Of a DNA stretch of 64,000 nucleotides, positions 37,401-49,688 are shown in pieces. The position numbers and the translations under genes were made by a program. Under the pieces are notes generated by a model. That model searched no databases. It had not been told where the DNA came from and saw nothing but the letters and a program-made list of their open reading frames with translations. The DNA comes from Phoronis australis (Eukaryota; Animalia; Phoronida): contig NMRA01000172.1 in assembly GCA_002633005.1 (NCBI GenBank), positions 362,348-426,347 on the forward strand, read 5' to 3'. Numbering within the stretch: position 1 is the stretch's first letter; each line of letters starts with the position of its first letter.

Positions 37401-39531
37401 CACAGTAATTTCAAGTTCCACAACAACAGAGAAACACCTGAAATATCAGCCAAACAGAGGGGGCAATTGTGTTGAAATACTGCAAGTCGTAGACTTAAGT
37501 AGGGTTTTGAATGAAACGAGTGTGAAACCTGGTTGGGAAGACTCCCAAGAAATACGTCGGTGGGTATACTGAATTTCGATTTTGAAGAACAATCTGAGGT
37601 CAGTTTTCAAGGCTGAATAATGATCCTACTCATTGGGAAGTACGTGTAGTCCTTACTGTACAAACCATGGTGCTGCACACTTTCTATTGTCATTAGTACC
37701 ATGATATCACTGTTTTTCAAGGAGTTAAAAAAGTGCCACTCACACTGACTGAATAGAATAGAACATGCCAGATCCAGGCTCTTACCAGGGGGTAATGACA
37801 AATGTAAAAAACATGTTTGCGTGACCCTTAAACACGACACCGGCAGCGTTTTTAATTGTCGGAGGAGACCCAATCCCCAATGAATACATTTTGTAAGTTT
37901 ATTTGCCAACAATTTCATGCTTGACCATGCACTTACCCTATCACCAAATGCTTTAAAACAAACATCCGCGTAGTCACGGAAATGCTTTATCATTTGCTCT
38001 CCTAGCCAACCATCGTATGCGTCTTGAAGGCTTTGCGGAAGATCCCAGTGGAAAAGTGTTACCATCGGCTCAATGCCGGCATCCACCAAGGCGTCGATCA
38101 AGTTGTTGTAATACTCCAGACCTTTGTCATTGACTCCACCAGCGACCGTTCCGTTTGGTACTATACGTGGCCACGAAATAGAAAAACGATAATGCGTCAC
38201 CTGGTGGGACAGAAAAGAAAATAGGACTCGTCAGTTTCCACAGGGATATTTTCGCTTTGTTACTCTTAAGGTTATATAAGAACCTACGATTGCCGCCTAA
38301 ATTTAGCTGAAGTCATGTCTTGGAAAAGGATGACCGGATTCACATGAGAGTTTCATACGTGTACTATGGCTCATACTCTATTTTCCAATACGCTGTTAGC
38401 AATATCACTTGTAAATTTTGTCACGTTTGCACGAAGTGCTCTAAAATTTAGGACTCTGAAATGAATATTAACTTATTGATGGCGTTTCGATATTAATTAA
38501 TAACAGGACTCACGATATTGTAGATCGAGGACAATGCTTGTGCCTTAATCTACAACAAGACATACCACTGTACAACGGAATCGGTTCACATACGCCAACA
38601 GGCGATATGGTAATAATCCGCCTATATGACAAGCACTTGAGTAAAGACTTTTCTTCGAAAAACGCAGTTCAGTTTCGGATACATGCTCATGGGCCTAAAT
38701 AGGCTCGTATGGGATAGTCAGTTTGTTTCTTAAATTAAATTGGCTTGCTTCCTCTGCTTCGTTTCGGCTTTCATAGAGAAATGTAAGGAAAATTACGTCT
38801 CAAACATCCCTAAGTAAAGTTTCGCAACTGGAGGGGGATTGAATGCGAAGCGTCGTATCAGATGCAGAGATACAAGCAAATCTTTTCACATAATCACCCC
38901 AAGTTCTTGTAACATTTTGACGTCATCCTGGTAATTTTTGTAGCTGTCACAAGCGACATCTCCAGTTGCGTTATTTGCAATATGGCCTCCTTCATGAACA
39001 AACTTATCCCAAATGCTCTCTCCTTTGCCTGAAGATACAAAACAACAATTCATGAATCATCCGCCATTCATTTGGTCACAGGTTCGCCGTGTCGCAAAGA
39101 CGGGCCATGTTTTAAGCGTTAACCTTAAAATTGTTTTAAAACACTTTTTAATACCAGCTTTTCTTTAACTTTAACCTGAACACCACGTGGGGTATGTTCT
39201 CAAAAAGCAATACTACGACAGGATTCGTTTAGTAATGCTGACCTCAGGAGGGTGTAATTGTTACAAACACAGGCTTTTGATAGGTCATACAGTGTCGTCA
39301 AAAAACAGCAGTAGTATCCACAATGAGCACGCAAATACATGCCAATGTGCTCAAAATTTACTACGTACCGTCCTCTTTCCATGAGCCTTCTACCTGATAA
39401 GCTGCTGTGGCGGCACCCCATGAAAAGCCGTCAGGAAATCTCCCTCTTAAAAATTTTCCCTTGAGCACGTTACCACACTCAGCACTTGAAAGTAGAAAAG
39501 AGCACAGTAAGATCACACGAACTGTAACCAT
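28454..39531 (-). CDS. secreted glycoside hydrolase family 1 beta-glucosidase (lactase-phlorizin hydrolase/myrosinase-like), 9 exons, 498 aa
   Basis: Exons 39369-39531, 38898-39028, 37937-38200, 36800-36983, 32287-32447, 31653-31731, 30534-30669, 30032-30216, 28454-28647; all GT-AG and phase-consistent (1497 nt). Motifs [40 protein letters not shown] (acid/base), ITESG (nucleophile), WSLMDNFEW; hydrophobic signal peptide. Confidence 0.93.
32863..36743. mobile_element. ISL2EU-like element copy 2 in GH1 intron 4 (THAP remnant on plus, YqaJ remnant on minus)
   Basis: ~110-bp imperfect TIRs GGGGCTATT(C/T)GGA..TGTACTAG.GGTGAT; flanks GT/AT; THAP-like [20 protein letters not shown] near 32995-33060; YqaJ-like TPAVLHG..GLFV..DGEDG. 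Confidence 0.65.
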
Positions 39532-39856
39532 CGCGCGACCATGAGCTAGACAAACTGATAATGACACCCACCGGACTACTGTATATTAATAAAGATAATA
39601 CGGTATTACATGAGTCCGAGGATAACGTTATCTTCACACCTCGTGCACTCCGTGGCACCCCGCTCAACATGTGCACGATCGGTAACATCGGAAAACGACA
39701 CCCGTCCGGACGAAATTTGGCGTGACCGATAACAGACGACCGTGAATTGCCGGGAAAGTTTGAATGGTAAATTCTTTCAAAGCTGAATTTCTCTATGTCA
39801 TTAAAATCGAATTCAGCCTTTCAATACTATTATAAAATCGGTCACATAATATTCCC

Positions 39857-40191
39857 CAGTGGCGGATCTAGGATACCATAAGGGGGGGCCAACATGTTGC
39901 CCATGGAAATTGGACAAGGTGTGATTGGCAATTGCATGTGCGCTGGCGGCCCGAAAGAAAGGTAAGGGAGCCCGCGAAGGTGCACCTTCCGTTCAGGAAA
40001 ATCTACCGTTCGACTAAAAAAAAATAAATAAACGGGAGCAGCCACTCCGCGGAAACGTGGACGTTAACCCGGTGCCGGTCCTACTTCCTGGACTCAATAT
40101 TTCCTCACGTTTCTCACTGTTGCTCTTTCATTTTGCTTGCGCCAGCTAAGAGGGGGGGGGGGGGGCTGGGGCCCCCCTAAATCCGCCCATG
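39857..40191. mobile_element. MITE with 5-bp TSD in the GH1 upstream region
   Basis: TIRs CAGTGGCGGATCTAG...CTAAATCCGCCCATG; perfect TSD TTCCC at 39852-39856 and 40192-40196. Confidence 0.8.
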
Positions 40192-42380
40192 TTCCCTACC
40201 TTTACAGGATTCTATTTCCGTTACCAACTTTACCAAAACTACCAGTAATCTAAGAAATCGCTTCAGAGTTCATCACTCGTATCTAACTCATAAGTATTTT
40301 CTGATGTACGATTGAGCATTTTCTCGACGTAATGTTTTCATATACAGCTCCAATATTCAACAAAGTTTGTGTTGGTTGACACCTAAAAAGAATGAAAACG
40401 TTACTCAGAAGCGTTCTTGAATTGTTATAAGGCGGTTATCGGCTCGTAAATATCCGCTGACATCATTGAAAAGTTAACTTAGATGCGGGTATAACTGCGC
40501 TCCGTAGATGGAAGTATTAGGCGAGTAAAGCTAACGCGCTATTTTTCAATACCGCATGCAACGGTAGCATATACAGAATAGGATTAAATAAATTCCCAAA
40601 TATAATTGTTACAGATAATTGTGCTTCATCCATCACATGACTGGTGAGATAAATCTGGAAGCACTTTTTGTAGCGTTGAAATTGGTTTCACTCAAGTGCT
40701 TCTACAAGCCAGTTGACGGAGCTGTGGACATTGAAAGACATCTTGGATGAATGAACAAATTAAAGAAATCCCTCGAGTGTTAGTTCAAAGTTTTGTTAGA
40801 AATGTCCCACCATTGCGTAATCAACCCTTTTAAGGAATGTTCTTGTAACTCTATTACATTTAAAATAGTTTAAATCCGAAGCAATTAACGAGGATCAACA
40901 TTTAGAGACCATAATGTTGTCTGACTCATTTATACACAATAATTCACAAATGACCATCGGTCAGAGGTTACAAAGACACATGTGATGATGCGTTTGCCTG
41001 TTGCCGGAACCCTAAACGGCGAAAGCCCATGAAGAAATTTTAAAGCTGTTATGAATAACCCATTTTAATTAGTGAAATTTTCTGACTTTTGCACTATTTA
41101 AAGGCAACGATTCCTCTGAACTAAGGGTTCAAGATAATATGAAGCTGACGAACCGAAAGTTATTCTTTCGCTTTGAAGATAAAAGCGCACATCACAGGAA
41201 AGGTATCGCAGCCTGTAGTACACAAATGAAGAAATTTCAAAATCGAAAGTATCAGTAATTCTGCGGCAAAATATGAGTCACATTTTTGATCTGGTCGGCC
41301 GCTTTGGACGACAGCGTTATAGGTTACGAGTTTAAAAGTGTTTATAAATTATTTTTTCAATTGACCTTGCAATGTGTTAAGAATTAGATGACATTGTTTT
41401 GAAATGACTATGTTTTTTTGATTCTAACTTAAACTTTCTTCAAAGTATGGTAACGTGTAATTTTTTAAAACTTATATATATTAATTGTGCTTTTGATTCA
41501 TGTTTTTTACCTTTTTACTTTCTACTCCAGTTTATATCAAAGTAACAAAACGTGAAGGATTTATTACCGATTTACCGAAATACGTTACATTTGGATTATG
41601 GAAAACATGCGCATGCCATTGTTTACTGGATAGAAACATTTTTGAGAAATGTCCTTAAATTTCATAAAAAATCTAGCAAATTAAACTGCCACTAAAGGCT
41701 CCAGCAGTAGTCGAAACATCCAAAAATTGACGTCGACCGATTCCATGACTATAGATTATGTTTTCAAAACTTAATAAAGCCCCTTTATGGGATTTACGAC
41801 ATATAGCTGCCGAATGCCTGTAGTAACGGACTGAAAAAAACGCGAGAGCACCTCAAAAATAGCTAAAAATTAAATACAAAAAATGATAAAATAATATCAA
41901 CACCATAAAGATCCTCCTTCCGCTTTAAAACTACTTTACTTACCGAACCTCTTTGAACGAAATCTAAGCTGTTTTGGGACAACATTTTCTTGATGATCTT
42001 AGTACAAAGTAATGGCCCAAAAATTTGATGTAAAGTTTTGAAAGTATCTCAGCAGAAAAGTATCAAAACACATTTTTTTTCAAGATATGAGTCGACCTTT
42101 TGGTGCTATCGCGGAATGGCACTTTACAGGCTCTGCTAGAGTACTTTTAAAAATTACGGGGCTCATGCGAATTGCCTCTAGTTTTATCGTTTATGGAGGC
42201 AGGAGTAAAAATACCGGACTAATGAGAGTTGGTCGAAATCTGAGCATTCATTTCAAAGTTAAGTTTCATGTCGCAATTGCGACCTGAAATCCCCATAGTT
42301 CGTTCGCTGCCTTGAAGTTCCCACAACCGTTATTTGCAACACGTCTTCTCTTTCAGAATATCGCTTCCATCATCAACATT

Positions 42381-43358
42381 ATGGTTTCTTCTCCGTTCAT
42401 CAACACGTCGTACACTAAAAACGCTTCATCTCTCCACCACGACGCCCTTTTTGGTTTTCAAGTCTACTATGGAACAACTTCGACTATTTCAATTGTATCG
42501 AACATCATGTTGCTCAGCACAATTTATACTCGATATCCACTGCATGCACCAGGACACTATCTCGTGGCTAGTTTGGCTGTAGGTGACTTGTGTTTTCCGC
42601 TAACATTTTGGACAACATTAGCTTGTGCGGAAATTCTTCAGGAAAATGCAATTTTCTGTAGTATGATTGGATTTATTCAGAATTTCTTAGGAGTTCAATC
42701 AATTGCAACTCTGTTATGTATTAGCGTTGAGCGTTACTATGCATGCGTAAAACCTATGCATTATAACCTCAAGATAACACCACGGGTGACAAAATATATG
42801 ATCGCTGCATCCTGGTTGTTTCCATTGGTTTTTACGAGCTTGCCCCTGCTTGGCGTGGGAGAATATGAATTCGATGCATATTTGAATGTTTGTCAGCTTG
42901 ACTGGAGTCGAAAAACTTTTGGAACTTACATTGTCGTCGGTTTAATGGGAGCCATTTTCATGCCAACATGTTTGATGATGTTCTGGTGTTACGCTAAGAT
43001 CCTTAAAGAAGCAAGGAAACTTGCGAAAACTCCAGCGCCGTTGCATACTGACGTGGATGTAAAAAGGAAGCAGAAGGAAGTTAGATCGCAGATTAAAGCG
43101 TCGCTCGTTTTATTCGCTTTAACGTTTGGTTTCGTTCTGTCGTTATTTCCGTATGTGGGTTCGCGCACAGCTAAACTATTTATGTTCAGTACGGACAAGC
43201 AATACCGGACTGTGCAAGTTGTAGAAGTGATGTCACTACCTTTATACAACGTGTGCAATTTCCTTAATCCTATTCTATATGGGATGATCAACAAGACTGT
43301 GCGTAACGAGCTGTTTGTGATGCTGAAAACTTTCAGACAAAAAATAAGAGGATATTAA
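42381..43358 (+). CDS. class A GPCR paralog 3 (apparently intact, 325 aa), opsin/GPR161-like
   Basis: Complete 7TM: LAVGDL, C(TM3)...ERY, W..P...LPLLG, ECL2 GVGEYEFDAYLNVCQLDW, NPILY, helix 8; N-terminal N-glycosylation sequons; acceptor-like TTTCAG ending at 42356. Confidence 0.9.
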   Translation: MVSSPFINTSYTKNASSLHHDALFGFQVYYGTTSTISIVSNIMLLSTIYTRYPLHAPGHYLVASLAVGDLCFPLTFWTTLACAEILQENAIFCSMIGFIQNFLGVQSIATLLCISVERYYACVKPMHYNLKITPRVTKYMIAASWLFPLVFTSLPLLGVGEYEFDAYLNVCQLDWSRKTFGTYIVVGLMGAIFMPTCLMMFWCYAKILKEARKLAKTPAPLHTDVDVKRKQKEVRSQIKASLVLFALTFGFVLSLFPYVGSRTAKLFMFSTDKQYRTVQVVEVMSLPLYNVCNFLNPILYGMINKTVRNELFVMLKTFRQKIRGY

Positions 43359-43920
43359 GGAGCACAATTTTTAATTACACGATAATTTCAACATGGCGAG
43401 TGGTACCGCACGTGTTTGAGTGAAGTTATTAGTCATTGTAGCCAGTCCAACGTTTGTTCCTTAGCCACTCCACATGTTGCCTTGAAAAACAAAACCAACT
43501 TTGTTGGACCAATGGAATAACTTTAGCTCATTGGTTGGACAGAAAGAAGTAATCAAAGAAAGCAAAGTTATCCAATCCTGAGCCAATACAACAATGGAGC
43601 TCAAAGAAGGCGGTTGTAATAAGCAGTTGCCTTGAAAAAGCTCGCTATTGGCTCGTTATAGGCCTGCTTTTTGATCCCGTCAACTTAATTTAGAACAGGA
43701 GAGGCCACAGGCGCGCGTTCCGTAATAAGGCGAATTCCTTATTGTGTTTCGTGAGTATACTGCGTGACACCAAGGTAATTTGTTCTATATTTTTTGGAAA
43801 TTTTGCTTTTACTCTTGCAATTTGGTGTCTAGGTAGTCATCTGTTGCACAACAAAAAATACTTTGAAATTTTGCCACTTTCCATGTTTTTAGCAGTATTT
43901 GTCTAAAAAATAAGAACATT

Positions 43921-46018
43921 GCGTCGCGGACGGAATTTGTTAATTTGACATTGTCTTTATTTCAGTTTAAAATTGAATTTGGAACAGCTAAAATATCATA
44001 CTTGGACTAAACTGAAATTTGATAGAACGAAGTATATTATTTAGTTTTCTCCTAATTAACCATCCAAATGGCAATTTTCCGCCGCGACATTTTGGGGTAT
44101 GAAAAGTTGGATTTATAAAACAGTGATAAGCCTATTTGCACCAATTTTCAGATTGCCTAATAACTTCAAGCTGGAACTAACATATCAAAGATTGAAAATT
44201 ATTGAATTGCAATTGTTTGGAAAAACTTGTCGCGGACGTAAAAGTCTGTAGCGGACGGAATTTCTGTAAGTGCATTTATGTGACTATCTACATTACAACG
44301 TTCTTATCCTTTTTCCAGCTCACTTTTAACTGCAAACTGTACACACTAAATGTGAATCATTTTAATGAACAAGATTATAGATCACTTTAACTTTGTGCTA
44401 TCAGTGTTGGCAACATTTTCTGATTAATGATGACAAGCTCAAAAACATGATGGCAAACAGAAAGATGAACCCTTCCCAAAACTTTACCAACTATGCTAAG
44501 TAGCTTCGAAAGAAAACGCATGAAGTAAGGGCTTTTTTTAACAAAGTACTTCTGGAATTAAAAACATGATCTGATGCCGCCAAAAACGAAATTTTTGCAC
44601 GGCTAAATAGATGACACTCAAGTCAGTTTCACTTATTGTTCCATACAGATTATGTATCAGATCACACACAGTTCAAATCAGAAAAAAAAAATTAATTCTC
44701 TAATTCAGCTCATCATTTGCAACATTTTAGTTCTACGTTACAAGAGATTGTGTAGTAAATAGCGAAAAATTCACTATTCTCAGCGTTTTTACATTGATTA
44801 ATAAGTAAGGTCAACTGAGACAGAACATGTTCTGAACTTGTCTAGTGTCGAAAATTATCAATACACAAAGATGGTATGCAAAATAGTTATCCAATCCGAA
44901 TGGAATTGGGAAATGTGACACTCCAAAAATTAACTGTGAACATAATATGTTTAGTGAAATTGACAAAGCGCAAGTATAATTTACGGTTTTAAATCAGCAT
45001 GGCTATTTTCGCATTTGACATTTCTGACATGTAGAAACATAACCATAACCTTCTATTTAAAGTTGATTGTAACGCGTTAGTAACGGCACATAGTGATGGG
45101 GGGAGGATTATGGTGAGCACGTTCAAGAGTGTGTTGATGCGGTTATAATAGTGTTGTGGAGATGACTTACGAAGAGGATGTTAAGATGAACTATATAAGG
45201 AATGAATTGTGCGCTTTCTGGCACATTTAGCTCTGCGTAGAAACAAGAGACAAAATGTTTCTAGCATTTTCACAAAAGCGCCTTTGGCCTGGTGGCACGT
45301 TTAAATATTAGATATTGATTGGATGATACCTACATGTACAATTCTAAAGTCTTCCCATCAGTATAGATAGTTGAATATAACTTTTTATCAACATGAAATG
45401 TTTTCCTTGCATTTGTAAAGTAGAATTTTTCTGAATACAATGTCAATAACCAATTTACTGATATTTAACAAATTGTGTAAAAAATGACAAAAAATAGTGT
45501 TTAAAAACAAAATTATAATATAATTTTTTCAAAGTCATAAAAACTGTATTTCACTTCCCTCTTAATGGTTTGAAACACTGTAAACGATGATTTCTAGTGT
45601 AAATTTTGTTTAAAATATATACGGACAAGACTTCTGATATTTTGTTTGCGACGCTCACTGGTAGTTTTTATTTCCATAAATATCGGCCAAAATCAAAATT
45701 GCTCCTAAAATCGGCTTTATTAGTAGTGTTCAAAAAAGGGCTGAATGTCATGAAAAATATCACACTGATTTACTGAATTTGCTAACAGAGCAGAACTTTT
45801 GAGATGGATTTCAAATTCAAAATTCAGAATTTTTTCCTTTCGGCTGCGACGCCCATTTAAAGTCGCCAATTAACATAATGTGTAGAACCTGGAAAAAGTT
45901 TGTTAGTAATTATTGTCAAAGACCATCAACTCTATCAGTAAATCTAAAAAATTCAGTTCCAGCAGATATAGTTTTTTTTCTAGAAGGGTTTTAGTAGTCA
46001 AAATTCCGTCCGCGACGC
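43921..46018. repeat. perfect 18-bp inverted repeat GCGTCGCGGACGGAATTT bracketing 2.1 kb (probable decayed DNA transposon)
   Basis: 43921-43938 vs 46001-46018; degenerate equivalents at ~6608 and ~8545 in the duplicated block. Confidence 0.45.
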
Positions 46019-48226
46019 TTACGGCTTGTTGTGATTTGACACTACTAGCGATCTGTTTATAACACACTTACTATGTTGAGACGATGGACTATGAACGGAG
46101 AGAGTAAACACACAGAGCGCGAGCCCCGGCAAGACCCTTATGTGAAATTGCGAGTTGGCGGATGTGTCTTCTATGACTACGAAATATCCAATCTGGTAAT
46201 TATTAACGCGTTTGGGATTGACTTAATTGCTCATCAATGCCTACTACGAATTAGTTTTTTTCTGTACATTTAGATGTGTGTAATATTTGTTGTTCTTCCA
46301 CTATATGGAGTAGCATTTCTTAGGTAAAAAGATAAATAATTGTAGTAAATCGTGATTTCTTCCCACCGAACTGGGCTAGCTAAAGGAGTCAATGCCCGAT
46401 GGGAATAAGACGACAACATTTGTAAGTTAAAGGCTGTTTTCATGCGTTGAATTACTCTGTCTGTGTCTATGTCACCTCCTGTTCTGTCCACTACAATGGG
46501 CCGAGAGGTGTCGCGTTAACCTTTCTGTACGCAAAGCGATGACGAAAATGGATCTCGCCACGGGTTTGTATCTCGACATCTCATAATGCAGTTGTGCCTG
46601 TAAAGAAGTGTCAAAGTAGTTTGGATAGTATGTAGTTCCTCTTGTAGGGAAAATGTTGTGTTGTCAATGACTGCAAATGTTCAGGAACCCCATGTATACA
46701 ATGCGTCGTCGGTCTTTTCAGATACAATCAAGGCAGCCGTGTGTGTGACAATGTCAATCACATTCATTTAATTCAGTTGTGGGTGATGGTAAACGACTGA
46801 AACAAGGAATCAATTCTGTACCATGAATATTCAGGCAGATCCCAATATAAAGCGGATCGATTGTTTTTGTGAAACTTTTAGTCGGGATTTTGTGAAATGG
46901 TCGCATCCGGTAGAATGGTGTTGCCGAAACTGGTGAGCCGATATGTATCCTAGCTACCCTTTTACAAGAGAGACTAATTGATTAATGAATGATATGTCAC
47001 AGTGGTATTTAAATGTTGTGTATAGGTTAATAAAAGTTATCAAATACCAGGAAGCACGATGTTTTACACATCTTTCTCGTGATAACGCGTACACGTATTT
47101 GTCAGACAGTGTTACACCTGAAATATCATACAGTACCAGGTCGCTACGAATATGGAGCTAATGCTTGCTCAATCTTTTCAGTTGAGAAACAGAATTGATT
47201 TTTCTGTCAGTCATGTTCTTGACTCAAGAAAGTCGAATGCTCTCCTTGAAAATGTTAAACGAATAACCACTTTCATCCATTTAAAGAAAAAAAAATGTGA
47301 ACCATTTTTCCTCAAAGTAATTTTCATATCATTTTAATTTTGAAATCTTTCTGAAGTACTGAAATTTATTCACTTAACTACATCATTGTTGTCTTTTAAT
47401 TGTTGAGACAAATGACCAGCTCAATCTAGTATAGCGGCAATAATCCCGCCTTCCATCACAAAAACCATCTTTTGATCGAGATCTGCCATTTATTGTCATG
47501 AAACTGAATTGGGCTCAAATTGTTCCTTAGTAAAACCTGGAAGTGATTCCACGGCTTCAAACGAACTGTCGAGCATCGGACCACTTGCAATTGTTTTTGT
47601 TAAATTCCTCTCAACCTCATCCTCCTTCAGATGAAAGGATGTTCCTGGTTTGCGAATGACTGCTACGTCATATATTCCTCGAGACCATTCATGCTGGGCG
47701 AATCTCATTTTCACTTCTGTCCGTGACAGCAGGTGCTAATGACTGATGTTTGCTGACATCTTTTGGCTGTTTATGACAAGTGTTCACAGTAGAGTATGTT
47801 TCCTCTCACTGCCTTCTAATTCCTTTTCGACCCATCAAAGCTCTTTAGCCAGACTGCTTTGGTTTGATCCACATAAACATTTACGGAGACTGTCTACAGC
47901 CACTATTGAATGCTTCTGCTAGTCGGATAATCTCACTTTAATAACAACCCCTCAAAGTCAAGAAGTGATTCCCCAAAGGAAGATGTTTTCTCTGGACCAC
48001 GCACTTTAATGGGAAAGGCAATATCCCACTCAAGAGTTAAAATTTAATTGTCTCGAGTTCTAAAAATGCTTCCAACCGTGAGTTTCTGCACCGTATGGCT
48101 CTGCCTCAACTCGTGCCCAGCCCGTTTGTTGACACGTGGAGGCACTCTAACAGATTTGTTGTGTAAAAAGCTTTGTAGACCTACTTTACAGCATTCATAC
48201 CTAGCATACCAGGTCTGGGTTGCATT

Positions 48227-48620
48227 CCCCGTTGCATGAATCAATCCCAAATAGGGACTCAACCAAGTTCCCTAAATCTACTGTGTATTTTTGGACTTGT
48301 GAAAACATCGATTGTCCTTTCTTGTATTGTTTTAGTTTCGATACTAACTCAACTTTTGACTTTGAAATATTATCGGAAATAAGTAGGGATCTTTTCATGC
48401 AACACCCCCAATTTGAGGAGTAATTCTCTAATTACTTTCAATGAACTCTGGTTTCAGTTTTAAGTTACATTATTAGAAAATATCATTAATCAAAGGTGTT
48501 CATAATAAAGATGAAATGATAGAAAAACATTGCATCTGTGAGTCCATAAAGACACAAATAGGCATAAATACTTCGGGACCTTAGTTGAGTCCCTATTTGG
48601 GATTGTTTCATGCAACCGGC
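48227..48620. mobile_element. PIF/Harbinger-like MITE
   Basis: GTTGCATGAATCAATCCCAAATAGGGACTCAAC inverted against GTTGAGTCCCTATTTGGGATTGTTTCATGCAAC; an extra right-end-like motif at 48383-48409. Confidence 0.6.
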
Positions 48621-49688
48621 CATATAATACTTCAAAATATACGCTGAATAATTTTGATTGTAGCGTGACGTCAGGTGTATTATTCAACAAATACAACGTG
48701 GCGCGTGATAACGCAACGTCAGTGTTGTTATGCAATTGAGCCCAGGTTACTGTACGTGATATGTAATACGGATTAATTCATTTAATAACGCATCAAAATG
48801 GTGGGTTAAATCTAACCGGAGCGCGTTTCCAACGCAGGCTGTCGGACTATGCATGTTGGCAGGTTTGGACAATATCTACCCGGGTGTGCCACTTAAAGCC
48901 CAGCCCTCCTCATTAATTAACTGTGAGAAAAGGAATTGTTTGTTTCACAGGGTTTCGAGGCATGGCAAGTTCGTTGATGCAATTAGGGTTACTATAGTGA
49001 CACAGATAACTTGAACACGTTAAGGCGACCATAAATCCACCGCCGTCTCACAATTATTCCCAGGCAAATTAGAGTCGAGTCCAGATTTTTGTCAGAACGA
49101 AAATTTGTTATTTGTTCAGATAAAGTTCAATGCAAGAAACGATCGGTAACTATTCTTTTTACATACGTTTTCATCATATTTTATGTGGGGAAGTTTTCGA
49201 AAAATGGTGATGAAGTTATAAGTTAAGCAACCTTTTAATACATGGCGGTAGGAATAATAATGATATGCAAATGTCATGATAAAACCGCAGCGAAAGGCCT
49301 ACGAGGGCCAATGACACCCGAGAAAAGAAAAACAGTGAAACATGTAACATGGAGAGAACGTTTGTCAACTACCACTTCTTGGCCCTGTCTAGGACATTTT
49401 TGTAAACCCTACCCCTCCCGGTTTTTTGCATCACATATTCTTCAGAGACGGAGTACTCCCATGCAGGGAAAATCCTCGGTTTGTGTGTTACTCTGATGTT
49501 TCGATCTCAATGAATGACAAGAAATCGTACGTCATGCGTTCCATGATATCGTGCTATTTTTTGTTTTATCGTTTCTTCGACTGTTTCATTTAAATGCAGA
49601 AGCGGTACTGAACCGAAAATGGACTTTGATTCAATGAAAATACAATATAATGAAAACGTACAAAATATTTATTATAAATCTCTTTCCT

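Noticed and set aside
42989-43294. Antisense ORFs conserved over TM6-7 of all three GPCRs (also 5234-5416, 12654-12923)
   Set aside because: Shadow frames explained by paralogy of the sense CDS; short, no independent signal
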